Assembly: GCA_964016885.1 (NCBI GenBank)
Contig: OZ024747.1
Span: 5,208,001 to 5,272,000 of the forward strand
Reading direction: 5' to 3'
DNA length: 64,000 nucleotides
DNA from: Eledone cirrhosa
Lineage: Eukaryota
In this document: one piece after another, positions 26,725 to 38,070 of the stretch
Layout: each line of letters begins with the position of its first letter
Position numbering within the stretch: the stretch's first letter is position 1
Translations under genes and position numbers: made by a program
The notes under the pieces: generated by a model
The model's database searches: none
The model's input: only the letters and a program-made list of their open reading frames with translations
What the model was told of the DNA's origin: nothing

Positions 26725-27225
26725 TCAACTTCCATTTTTTTTATCACAGACATTATTTTTATACTTAAGAGAATGATTATTAGCATTATCGATGTTACCT
26801 GCACCGTCTTCTGGTCTGAAGTATGAATCAAATCCGAGATAGTGTTTTGTAGCAATTGCGCCCGCTGCCAATAAATACTGTTGGTGCTGCGTTGATGAAT
26901 TTTCTATCCGCGTCCCAGGTTCTCTTTCTAGGATTTGTGTAGTCGGTGTCATGAACTTTCGCAGCTTGGTCGAGGGTGTTTTTGGGTACTTGGAATCGTC
27001 TTACTTTTATATCTGTTCCTGGCCCTAGGAAGTTGTACCTTGAAAGGTGATGTTCTTCCGACTCCTTTCATGGGTGCGCGTACTCGGCATTTGTGGTGCG
27101 TGACAAATAGCGCTTGTCTATTTATAGTATATTTGTACTTGAAATATTTTCATTCTATGCAGTCGCTGGTTCGAAGGTTTATCGTAAATTAGTATAAGGC
27201 ACTTCTTTTCCCCTGTGGCAGCCAT
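26725..27225 (-). pseudogene. Viral-type phospholipase A2 (PLA2) domain ORF relic
   Basis: Manual translation gives YNFLGPGT (Ca-binding loop; YNFLGPG at 27017-27037), PKNTLDQAAKVHDTDY (catalytic HDxxY at 26939-26953) and ADRKFI, then AAGAIATKHYLG after a frameshift. One stop and two frameshifts relative to the ATG at 27225. Confidence 0.88.
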
Positions 27226-27276
27226 GGCGGTGAGGTATCACGTGATCTACTTACGATCACCACCCCTTCCCTTATA
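27222..27276 (-). promoter_or_regulatory. Candidate viral promoter: TATAAG, CACGTG E-box and strong Kozak CCGCCATGG
   Basis: TATA at 27271-27276, palindrome ATCACGTGAT at 27237-27246, ATG at 27225. Confidence 0.45.
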
Positions 27277-27689
27277 ATTAAGGTGTTAGTATTACAGAAA
27301 TATAATTATAACGAGCTAAGTATGTACATATGTGATATATGTGTGTGGAGAGTTAGAATAAAGTGTGAATTGTGGTGTATTTAGATGTTACAGAATTTGA
27401 CAGTGAATGTATGAATGTGGAGATGTGACTTGGGAAATAATATTACCATGATATCTGGCAGATTAACTCACTTGGCTGTGACAGCATTCACTACAATGGT
27501 CACTGTCAGTGTCTGGGAGGGAACAGAGAGGTCACAAAGTGAGGTTTCTTAAAATGGTAGCTTCGTTAAAATACTCATTGTTATTTTTGGCAATGATATA
27601 GCTGCGTTTCATACCCACGGATTTACCCCTGCAATAATTTTGCTGTAAATGCATTATTATTTTTTTTTTGTGTCTGCCAAATTTCTGTC

Positions 27690-30330
27690 AAAGTGTTTCC
27701 CACAAATATTGCACTGTAGGCACTCTTATATGTCAATATATAGATGTCTTTGGGGAATAAATACTTTATACCACAAATCTTACATTAATGTGGTCGTACT
27801 CGTCTGAGTTTTATCTACTAAGCCATTTTTTTTTTTTTTTTTTTTTTTTGTCAAATACGTCTTCATTAAACCGTAGTTGTCTATAAACTACAAAAGAAGA
27901 ATTCACAGTTAATGATTTTTTTCATATTTCACAGTGTGTATTCTTTTGTGTACTGTTAGTACTGAAATCTCAAAGATTTAGCACATATTTTATAATATGT
28001 ACCGTTAGTACTGAAATCTCAAAAGATTTAGCGCATATTTCACAGTGTGTATTCTTTTGTGTATGTACAGTACGGAAATCTCAAAAGATTTAGCGCATAT
28101 TTCACAGTGTGTATTCTTTTGTGTATGTACAGTACGGAAATCTCAAAAGATTTAGCGCATATTTCACAGTGTGTATTCTTTTGTGTATGTACAGTAACGA
28201 AATCTCAAAAGATTTAGCTCATATTTCACAGTGTGTATTCTTTTGTGTTGTACAGTACTGAAATCTCAAAAGATTTAGCACATATTTCACAGTGTGTATT
28301 CTTTTGTGTTCAGATAGTACTGAAATCTCAAAGATTTAGCACATATTTCATGTGTACTGTTAGTACTAAAATCTTAAAAGATTTAGCGCATATTTCACAG
28401 TGTGTATTCTTTTGTGTATGTACAGTACGGAAATCTCAAAAGATTTACCGCATATTTCACAGTGTGTGTTCTTTTGTGTACGTACAGTACGGAAATCTCA
28501 AAAGATTTACCGCATATTTCACAGTGTGTGTTCTTTTGTGTTCAGATAGTGCTGAAATCTCAGAAGATTTAGCACATATTTCACAGTGTGTGTTCTTTTG
28601 TGTACGTACAGTACTGAAATCTCAAAAGATTTACCACATATTTCACAGTGTGTGTTCTTTTGTGTATGTACAGTACTGAAATCTCAAAAGATTTAGCACA
28701 TATATTTCACAGTGTGTGTTCTTTTGTGTTCAGATAGTGCTGAAATCTCAAAAGATTTAGCACATATTTCACAGTGTGTGTTCTTTTGTGTTCAGATAGA
28801 ACTGAAATCTCAAAGATTTAGCACATATTTCATGTGTACTGTTAGTACTGAAATCTTAAAAGATTTAGTGCATATTTCACAGTGTGTATTCTTTTGTGTA
28901 TGTACAAAAATCTGAAATCTCAAAGATTTACCACATATTTCACAGTGATAAGATTTTTCTGTAATGTGAATTCTCCTAACGTTTTGAATGACTATCTCTG
29001 ACAAAATATTTTCCACAAATTTCACAGTGGTAGGGATTTTCTTGAATGTAAACACATTTAAATATTTAGAGAAGGCTTCCCCCACACTTTTCACAATGAT
29101 GAGGCTTTCCTCCAATGTTTTCTAATCTATGTGTTTTTCTAGAATTCCACTGTTTCGAAATGATTCTTTACAATCCCTAATGCAACAACAATGTGTTTTT
29201 CTTCATAATGTTTTACCACATAGTGTTGTTGTTTTTTTCAGAGCCTGGAAAAGTAATGGGCCATGTCTTGCCCTGCCTTCTCTGACTAATAAAAATAACA
29301 AAATCTTTACTTGTGTATTTATAGGTTTACTTTAAAACATAACTTAATGCTGAGTAAGCCTACAAAATGTCATGCCAATGTGGTTATTCTTTACATATAA
29401 TAATGTTTTCTTGAAAAGCTGTTGATCTGGCAAATATGGTGTTGATTGTTTATTTCTTCTGGCTCTCTATGCTCTCAGATCAAATCTAGCTGAAGGCTAC
29501 TTTTCCTTCCATCATTTTGGAAGGAAATTATGGACATAGCAGCCGATGCTGGCACAGCCTTCTCTCCTTCCAGTTGTCGTACTCTGGAAGTTCCACTGAA
29601 TCAAGGGTGGGAAGTAAAGAAGCTATAGCCCGGTGCTGGCATAACCCTCTCTCCTTCCAGCTGACATTCCACTGAATCAAGGGTGGAAGGATTGAGGTGT
29701 TTAGTTGTTCTGTTTGAAAATACTTTATCACTTATCTGATTAACACAAGTCATATTTCTTATATGATTTGTGGCCCCCAAAAAGATAAGAATACTGCAAA
29801 ATTATTTCCACAAATATCACAGTAATAAGGTTTTTCACCAACTGGTGGCCTAATGTGAATTGTTACAGTAGAATCTATAACTCATGGCTTCCCACAAATT
29901 TGACAAAAATATTGTTTTTAGTGCAAATACTTATATACAGAAAGGCAGTCCCCCTCCTGTAAATTGTTCTTCTGTGGTGTATCATACAACCTTTTCAAGT
30001 CAGAATGGGATCTTCTACAGCAGTTAGTGTTTATTACTTTGTACACCCATTCATGATTACCAAGGTTACACACCTTTTTTCTTTTTTAAGTATTTCTACA
30101 CACTGTAACTCGTTAGTATATTACAAGTTGTAAAATATTCAAAGAATGATTTCCTCACCTGCCTCAAGTGGAATATTCTCAGACAATGAGTTCCCTCTTC
30201 ATTTTCACAATGACAAATGTTTGTTTCTTCTATTCTTTTCTCCATTGTGTATACGTTTGTGGATTACAAGGTTAGAATTCTCAGAAATATTTACCACAGA
30301 TTTCACGTTCATTATTCATGCTACCCATTG
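27690..30330 (-). pseudogene. Decayed multi-finger C2H2 ZNF pseudogene
   Basis: Scattered minus-strand fingers: EICGKYF/NSNLVIHKRIHNGEK (~30240-30305), GEKPYYCDICG (~29805-29840), IHITEKSYHCEICGKS (~28927-28972) and QCNICGKH (~27700). Many stops. Confidence 0.75.
27922..28947 (-). repeat. 62-bp tandem array (roughly 17 units, including shorter variants) derived from one zinc finger
   Basis: AAAAGATTTAG recurs at 28021, 28083 and 28145 (period 62). The minus strand of a unit reads CEICAKSFEISVLYIHKRIH. Confidence 0.92.
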
Positions 30331-31258
30331 CTCTTAACATGATAAAGAATATAAACATCCTTCTCATGAAAACTTAGGTATTTCTAGTTCACCACTCTTC
30401 CTTGCCTTCATCACCTTCAGAAAGAAAAATCAAATGTTCTTTTTCTTTTTTTTTGCTTTTACCTATTTTTATGTCAATGTAAATGAATAAATAAATATTG
30501 AAGAATTATTTTCGTTTTTATTTTTATTTTTTCATCTCATCTTTTTTCCAGACATAATTGTGTGATTAAGAAATTTGCTTTGTAATTATGTGGTTCCCTG
30601 GTCAGTTCCACTGTGAGGCATCTTGGGAATGTATCTTCTACCATAGTTTTAGAGGAGAATTTGGTAGAGATGAACTATGTGGAATCCTAAGTGAAATCTT
30701 TAGTAGTAGACTTAATCCATCAATTTAACACCAAGACCTTGGGAGAACCCTTATAAACAAAAAAAAAATAGAATACACAGCAAATGTCCACCATTAAATC
30801 CGGCCCTGTTCACAACCCTTCACCAGAGATCACAGTCCTGTATTATCATACCCTGAATCCCTGGTGATGACATCTGGATGGGAGAGCTTGTGACTTTTTC
30901 CACCAGTTCAGCAAGGTCTTCATACAACTGATACCAGTCATCTCTTGTTCCAAACCTGTGACTAGAAAATTGTTCTCAATAATGCCTCTACATGGTTTCC
31001 CAATTTGCTATAAATAGCTACCAATGTCTAACCCATGCTAGCATGGAAGATAGATGTTAAACAACGATGATGATGAATTCTTAAAAATAGAACACATTGA
31101 ATAATGTAGTCCTAGATATAGATATACTATGCCTGAAAACAAGATGGGAAAGCCATAACTGGATTGGTTGTAGCTATATTGATCTAGGACTAACCAACAA
31201 CTAAATACAATATCAAGGCAAAAAAGTTGCAATTTGTGTTAGGAAAGAAAACAACATT

Positions 31259-31452
31259 TTAACCCTTTAGCATTTACATTACTCTATATTTACTATTGCA
31301 TTTTCATGGTAAAGGCTTTACCTCATATAATTATCTATGAGATGTTGATGATATTATTTATTTTGAAAACAATACTTTAAGCGACCAGTTTGAACAGAAA
31401 GAGGTAAGAGAATTCTGGCCAGATACGGCTGGTTTAAATGTTAATGGGTTAA
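31259..31452. mobile_element. piggyBac-like MITE
   Basis: TTAA|CCCTTTAGCATT ... AATGTTAATGGG|TTAA; a shorter copy lies at 32035-32150 and a right end at ~21530-21595. Confidence 0.7.
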
Positions 31453-31689
31453 TACTATAAATTATAGTGGAAGAAAATGGGATTAAACATGTGGAATAAT
31501 GATTAAAACAATTAGACAAACAAAGAAAATCCATTAAAGTTTTCTTGTGACTTTTTTCCTGGATTCACTCAACTTTGTTAATAATTCCTTCTAGGTCAAT
31601 ATTTTAAGCAACAGTTAATATACAATCTTGGGTATTGAGCAAAAGAATACAAATGGCTGAAATAGGGTTTCTCTGCAGGGTCTTTGGAG

Positions 31690-31980
31690 TAATGTTACTC
31701 GATAAAGTGCATAGCTCAGATCATCTCAAGGAAGAGTTGCTACTTCCATGATTTGAGAGATTTCAGGCATGTGGTTAAAATGTTTCAGGAAAGAATCACT
31801 GGACAGATTTTACCAGCAGGGGACCTAGGGGTAGACCCTGAGAAAAATGGTTAGATAACATCCATAAGCTCAGCTGGTCTCACTTGGGGGTTGAGCCATA
31901 TCAAGTGGAGACAGTTGCTTCTGACAGGAACCAGTGAAAGGAGTGTTTGGGGACTGCACCCTTGTCCATCCCAGGAATAA
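31690..31980 (+). mobile_element. RTE-like LINE 3' end
   Basis: FRHVVKMFQER...PRGRP*EKWLDNI motif. Confidence 0.6.
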
Positions 31981-32764
31981 GTGGACAAAGAAGTTAATAT
32001 ACAGGAAATGGCAAGATATCTACCTTCAATAAGTTTAACCCTTTAGCATTCACATTACTCTATATATACTATTATATTTTCATGGTAAACCAGCCAGTTT
32101 CAACAGAAAGAGGTAGCGAATTCTGGCCGGTTTGAACATTAAAGGGTTAAGAAAAATCAATATTTAAAACAGTTGTTTTTTCATTAACATATATTTTTAT
32201 TTGGCAATAGTAAATTGTGAATATCTAAGAATATTCTGATTTAAAGAGGTATGTAAAATACTAATAAAGGAGTAAAATTAATTTGGGTGCCCATAAAATA
32301 ACATCTGACTTCATGTGTTATTTATATTTCAGAGATACAATAAAAAGGTGAAAAAGGAATGATACTATTGTGAATCATGTAACATTTTAGGAGCAGCAGA
32401 GTGTAGGGGAGTTGATATCTGATTTAAAAAAACAGGAGTTTAGAAATGTTTTCAGTTGTTTCTGGGGGCTGTTTTTATCATCATGATCCCCATCACATAC
32501 ATCATTATTTCGAGCGACATTAACCAGTCTGTAACATAAAATGTCTTCTAATTGACAATCTTTAAATCTTCTAAACTGAGATGCAACGTTTATAACAAAT
32601 TGGAGGAAATTATTTCTTTCCAAATATTTTTCCCACAACATCCTTCCATTCACGATTTTCAACCACTCATGTTACTTCATGAAACCAACATAATTGCCTC
32701 TGTGAAACCAATAAGGGTCTAAAACCACACTTTTAACACTTGCTACTATTTATATATCATTAAT

Positions 32765-34795
32765 AAATTGTTAATCCTTAATTTTTGTCTCCTTGATACA
32801 CTGTTACATTCTCTGTTGGTTTCTTCTACCATAACATCAACAGTATTTGCCATCCAAGAATTAGTTGTTATTCCAAATTCAAAAGCTTTTGCTTCTTGCT
32901 TTCAAAATCTTGTTTTATCCATAACAACATCTCTTGTATCTCAAATATTCCATTTTATGTATAAAAATCTATACACCAAATTGATTTGGAATTATTCTCA
33001 TATTTTTGCATGTTTTTGCATCTTTAGAACTTCAAATTTACCATCTACCAGTACAACAATGGATATCTCATTCTAAACCATCTCACCAAGCAATAGGTAG
33101 AAAAAATTATACCCAACTCAGGCAGAAAAGTTGATCTCTTCAAATCAATGAATTTCTCTTCAGTATGTCATTACACAAACTTAAAATTCTCAATTCTATT
33201 TGATTGAAGGTATTTTTATATGCTGAGAAAAGTTCTTTATTTTAAGAAAAATATTCTTGTAAACATTCCAACAGTTCTTCATCCAGTGTGTATCTCTAAG
33301 TGTTTCACTATATCTGTATATTGAGAAAATATTTCACCACAAAGTTGACAGGGATAAGGACCATCTGCAGTATGTGTTCTTGTGTGATCAGCTAAAATAC
33401 GTTTTGTTGTAAATGTGTTACCACAAATCTTGCATTGATAAGGTTTTCCTCCATTGTGCATTCGCAAATGTTTTACAAGAATGCTATTTTGGGAAAATGA
33501 TTTTTTACAAAAATCGCAATTATAGGGTTTTTCTCCAGTATGTATTCGTCTATGTCTTACTAGAATACAATTTAAAGTAAACGTTTTCTGACAAAACTCA
33601 CAGGCATATGGTTTTTCTCCTGTGTGTATTCGTTTATGTCTTCCAAGTTCATTAATTTGAGAGAATCTTTTTTCACAAGTATCACATTTAAAAGGTCGCT
33701 CTCCTGTGTGTACACGTATATGTCTTTCCAGATCACAATTTTGTGAGAATGATTTACCACATGTCTCACAACGATGAGGTTTTACTCCCGAGTGGGTTAG
33801 TTTGTGGATTTTTAAATGACTATTTCGGGAAAAGAATTTTCCACATACATCACAAGGATAAGGTTTCTCTCCAGAATGTACTCGCTTGTGTCTATCTCGA
33901 TCACTTTTTTGAGCAAATGAATTACCACAAACATCACACTGAAAAATCTTGGCTCTGAAATGTGTTCGTATGTGCCGAGTTAACTTCTTATTAGTTGGGA
34001 AAGATTTCCCACAGATATCACAGGTATACTGAGGTAAATATGAAGACATTGATTCATTATAAATACCTCTCTCTTTTTGGTGTATCACTTCATGATTCAT
34101 AAATGTATATTTTGTAGAGAATGTTTCTCCACAAACTTCACAAACAAAGGAAATTTCTTTATTTAGTAATACACTCTGTTCAGCCATTTTGGCATTGATA
34201 CCAGCTTTATCATTAACACAATATTTAACAGAGAAGAATTGTCATTTCCAGTAGAGGTTGTAAATAGAGAATCACAAATATCAACACAAAAGATATTTCT
34301 TCTCTTCTGTCTTTACAGATATATGTGAAGATAAATAATCATTGTTAGAAAGAGATGAACAACACTACACAACATTTGAATCAACAATACACTTTCTCTC
34401 TGTAGCTGTTCAGTTTAAATATACTAGAAAAGAGCAACATCCACATATGACATTTGTTGTTATATTTCTACAGTGAGGTAGATTTAATGTCAAAAAATGG
34501 ATGTAGATTCAGTTCAAATTTTTCTTCACCTTTCTGGTAAAATGAATGGCTGAAAAATAGAAAAAAATTTTCTTAGACAAAGGAATCTAAAGAAAATTAT
34601 TACTAACATCATATTATAGAAAGGTAGACTTTGCTTTTCATCTGTTTAAAGTCAATAAAATAAGTACCAGTAATATGCTGAGGTAGATTTAGTGACTATA
34701 CTCTACCACCCACCAAATTTGTGTCATTGTGCTTAAGTAAAAACAAATCATCATCATCATTATCATTATTAATGACAGTGAAAAGAATGATCGGT
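32765..34795 (-). repeat. Right arm of the ~2-kb inverted duplication
   Basis: Reverse complement of 15115-17105. Confidence 0.95.
33279..34187 (-). CDS. C2H2 zinc-finger protein, 302 aa, 10 fingers (copy 2)
   Basis: Intact ORF; 15 amino-acid differences from copy 1 by my count. Confidence 0.93.
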   Translation of the reverse strand: MAEQSVLLNKEISFVCEVCGETFSTKYTFMNHEVIHQKERGIYNESMSSYLPQYTCDICGKSFPTNKKLTRHIRTHFRAKIFQCDVCGNSFAQKSDRDRHKRVHSGEKPYPCDVCGKFFSRNSHLKIHKLTHSGVKPHRCETCGKSFSQNCDLERHIRVHTGERPFKCDTCEKRFSQINELGRHKRIHTGEKPYACEFCQKTFTLNCILVRHRRIHTGEKPYNCDFCKKSFSQNSILVKHLRMHNGGKPYQCKICGNTFTTKRILADHTRTHTADGPYPCQLCGEIFSQYTDIVKHLEIHTG

Positions 34796-35559
34796 AGAGA
34801 TAGAAGAATGGTGAAGCTCATGGAACGACTTCAAATTTTCCAAGCAAGACCTTGTCCAGGGCACCACATCTAAACCAGACGGATTTGACCTTCCTAGAAA
34901 GCAATGGGTGTCCCTTAATCAGATCCGCATAAAACATGCTAGGACAGCCCATCATCTCCATCGATATATATAATAATCATCATCATCACCGTTTTACGTC
35001 CATTCTTCCATGCTAGCATGGGTTAGACGGGTTGTCCTGTTGTGGGTACTGTCCGGTTGACTGACCTTGTCTTGCTCATACAGGAACTGATTCTGGCTTG
35101 ATTCCTACAGCTAGATGCCCTTCCTAACACCAATCTCATTTACAGTGAGTGCTGGGTGCTTTTTTGCCGTGGCACCTCCATGACCACTTTGCAGTGTGGG
35201 GTGGGCTTTTTTTTTTGCCGTGGCACCTCCACGACCACTTTGCAGTGGGAGGGGGTAATAATAGATGGTTCAGTAGATTTGTGGTTTACTGAGGTGGGTA
35301 CCAAAATCAACACTATGCTAAGACAGAGTGTATATATTGAAAACAAAGTGAGGTTTCACATTAAGGTCTTTATTAATTAACAACTCTCAAGAGCAGATTG
35401 GCCTGGAGTTATAGCAATAATATAAATCATGAGCCAACCACCTGTGAAACAGTTGTAACTATGTATAATCAATAAAGAACTTAATGTGAACCTTTTATCT
35501 TTATTTTCAATATATATATACACACAAACACAGCCATATATATATATAACGAACTAAGG

Positions 35560-35840
35560 AAAAAATTAGAGATAAGAGGGATCAGATGTTGTTTACTCGA
35601 GAGAAGGCTGCGTTGGTATGGACACGTGATGCGCATGAAAGTCGATAGCTGTATAACAAAGTGCAGGGCAATAAAGATAGACGGTAGCCACGGAATAGGC
35701 AGACCTAGAAAAACATGGGATGAGCTGATAAACTCCGACCTCACACACTTACACCTCTCCAAGACAATGTCACTGGACCGAGACCTTTGGCGGTACTCAG
35801 TAACAGAGAAGACCCGCCTTGCCAGTAGGCATCTCTAACA
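35560..35840 (+). mobile_element. RTE LINE 3' end
   Basis: LRWYGHVMRM...GRPRKTWDELINSDL...DRDLWR. Confidence 0.85.
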
Positions 35841-36205
35841 AAATACACCCCGTCCCGCCACCACCCCATCCACACCACCCCGTTCTATGTAAAGTTATGT
35901 TGGTGCTGCGCCATCCAGGCCGAAACAAATGAGATCGTGTAGGTGTCACGACAAAAAAACACACAGTCCACGCTGTAATGTGGCCGTGTAGGCAACACGG
36001 TAAAAACCTCCCAGACCCACACTGTAAATGTGGTTGGTGTTAGGAAGGGCATCCAACTGTAGAAAACCTGCCAGACAGTCCTATGCGAGCAAGACAATCA
36101 CTCTTGCCTCAAGTGGGACTACCCCCGTCCAAACCCATGCAAGCGTGGAACACGGACGTTAAACGTTGATGATGATGATGATGATGATATATATATATAT
36201 ATATA

Positions 36206-36504
36206 GGGAGACACAAAGCAGGCTTTGTTTAGAAACCGCTAGCAAATTTGAAAGTTAGGTAGTAACATGTGCTTACGCCGTATTTGACTAAATAAAATTA
36301 GTCTGTTAGTTGGGAACAAAGCAAACCAAAGATGTGGGTTTGTGTCCCATGTAAGTCAATACTCATTCAGAAGGTTTTTTTCCATTCAGAAGGTTTTTAA
36401 CTAACAGACTAATTTTATTTAGTCAAATACGGAGTAAGCACATGTTACTACCTAAGTTTCAAATTTGCTAGCGCTTTCTAAACAAACCCTGCTTTGTGTC
36501 TCCC
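36206..36504. mobile_element. Foldback/MITE-like element with ~106-bp inverted arms inside (TA)n
   Basis: 36206-36311 pairs with 36399-36504; both ends abut TA repeats. Confidence 0.8.
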
Positions 36505-37922
36505 TATATATATATATGTGTGTGTATGTGTATATATATATATATTGAAAATAAAGCAAGGTTTCACATTGAGTTCTTTATGACAGTTTGCCATAGTCGT
36601 TATTTTCCCTAGTAAGGCCTCTGCGTGGACCACTTATACTCCATAGTAAGGCCTCTTATGGACCACATATACATTTACAAGAACCAATGAGGGGGTCTTA
36701 ACCATTTGATATATTTGAAATATTTTCATTTTCTTATTTCGAGTACTAATGTAAAGGATTCCTAGATAACCTAGCAGAGCTTTATGTTTTGTAAAACTGA
36801 AGCTCAGGATCGAAATTCAACAAACCACTCGTCACTATACTAACATTATTATATTCAGCTGCAAGTTTGATTCTATTTCAAGATTATGAATTTACAATAA
36901 CAAGAATTCATTAGTAAGATATTATAATCATGATGTTTCACATAAAAATAGAATTCACGGTACCTTTTAAATATAACACACAAAAATATACAATAAAACG
37001 ATCCCCCACCCCATCAATTCAACACTAAGAGCGTCACACACCACAAAGGGCATTGTTGAGACAAGCCAGTACGTTTACAGCATTACCTCGGGTGATGGCG
37101 AGGCTAAGGCGCTGAAACAACCAAGCACCCTCAAGGGTATCAGTGGATATCTCAGCAAGACGAGCCGCTAACGATGACTAGAATTTACATATTCCTTGAA
37201 TTTATCACATTAACGATCAATAAACCAGGATAATTTCCGATTACGGCCCCTTCCCCTATTTATTGATTTATGAAGACAGCGAACCATAACCTGCTAAAAT
37301 ACCATCTTAAATACAGAATAATTCACTATATACAATAAATAAGTGATGGGCACGATAGGAATGCCTTTTATCGTTGGTATGCTTGATAATGGGTGACCGA
37401 GGGTTAAACGGCACGTAATGAAGAGTTACGCCCCCTTTAATTCTTGCATTAACTTCAATGAAAAATAATCATTAAAATAATCAGCAAAATAAAATATATA
37501 TCATCACAAAAAGCTATTAAAAATATAATGCTAACTTCAAGTAAACATTTAATTAATATCGTACAAATCGTCTTGAAAGAAATGTTATTCTAAGATCACG
37601 AATATTGCCAAAGATTTGTATTGTCATATTGCAATATTTACAACTTTGTTTTATGCATATAAAAAAATTATGTTCAAAATGAATCTACACTAAATTGTGG
37701 AAAAACAAACAAACCGAACGGGCGATTCCTGATCAGAAAGTCTGTTTATAAATTAGCAAAATCAATCAGTAATCTGCTCTTGCTAAAAATCAATATATAT
37801 ATGTATATAATATTGCCGAATATTAAAATTAAAAGTTCGGATTGTGCATTATGCTGAAATAAAGCAATGAAACATTCTTTCTATATTATTAATAGTAAAA
37901 GTTACCAATAAAGCAAAACCAA

Positions 37923-38070
37923 ACCTGATTTCTGTAAAAAAGGGATAAAAACAATTTTAAGTTTCGATGTAATCTTAATCGTTCTTCCACATAGCCAAAA
38001 TAATAAAGCGCTTCAGGTTATGGCTTTGTACAGAGTGGTCTCCCTTGATAGACGTAACTACTCGATAACT
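37923..38070 (-). promoter_or_regulatory. Candidate promoter and non-coding first exon of ZNF copy 2
   Basis: Homologous to 12703-12872; putative donor GT at 37924 and acceptor AG at 34551-34550. Confidence 0.55.

Noticed and set aside
26760-26845. Second PLA2-like pattern YLG...IDNANNHSLKY in ORF 26725-26952
   Set aside because: It lacks GPG and the catalytic HD. The true motifs lie upstream in another frame, and this stretch is best read as the C-terminal continuation.
27276-27620. Parvoviral terminal hairpin next to element 2
   Set aside because: I could not find an extended palindrome, so the element ends are undefined.
27922-28947. CRISPR-like appearance of the 62-bp array, and ORF 28233-28679
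   Set aside because: Units are contiguous near-identical repeats with no unique spacers and no cas genes, in a eukaryotic context. A zinc-finger origin explains them.
15115-34795. Inverted ZNF pair as a pure assembly duplication
   Set aside because: The copies differ by 15 amino acids, have indels in the distal 3' region, and have different introns and diverged first exons.
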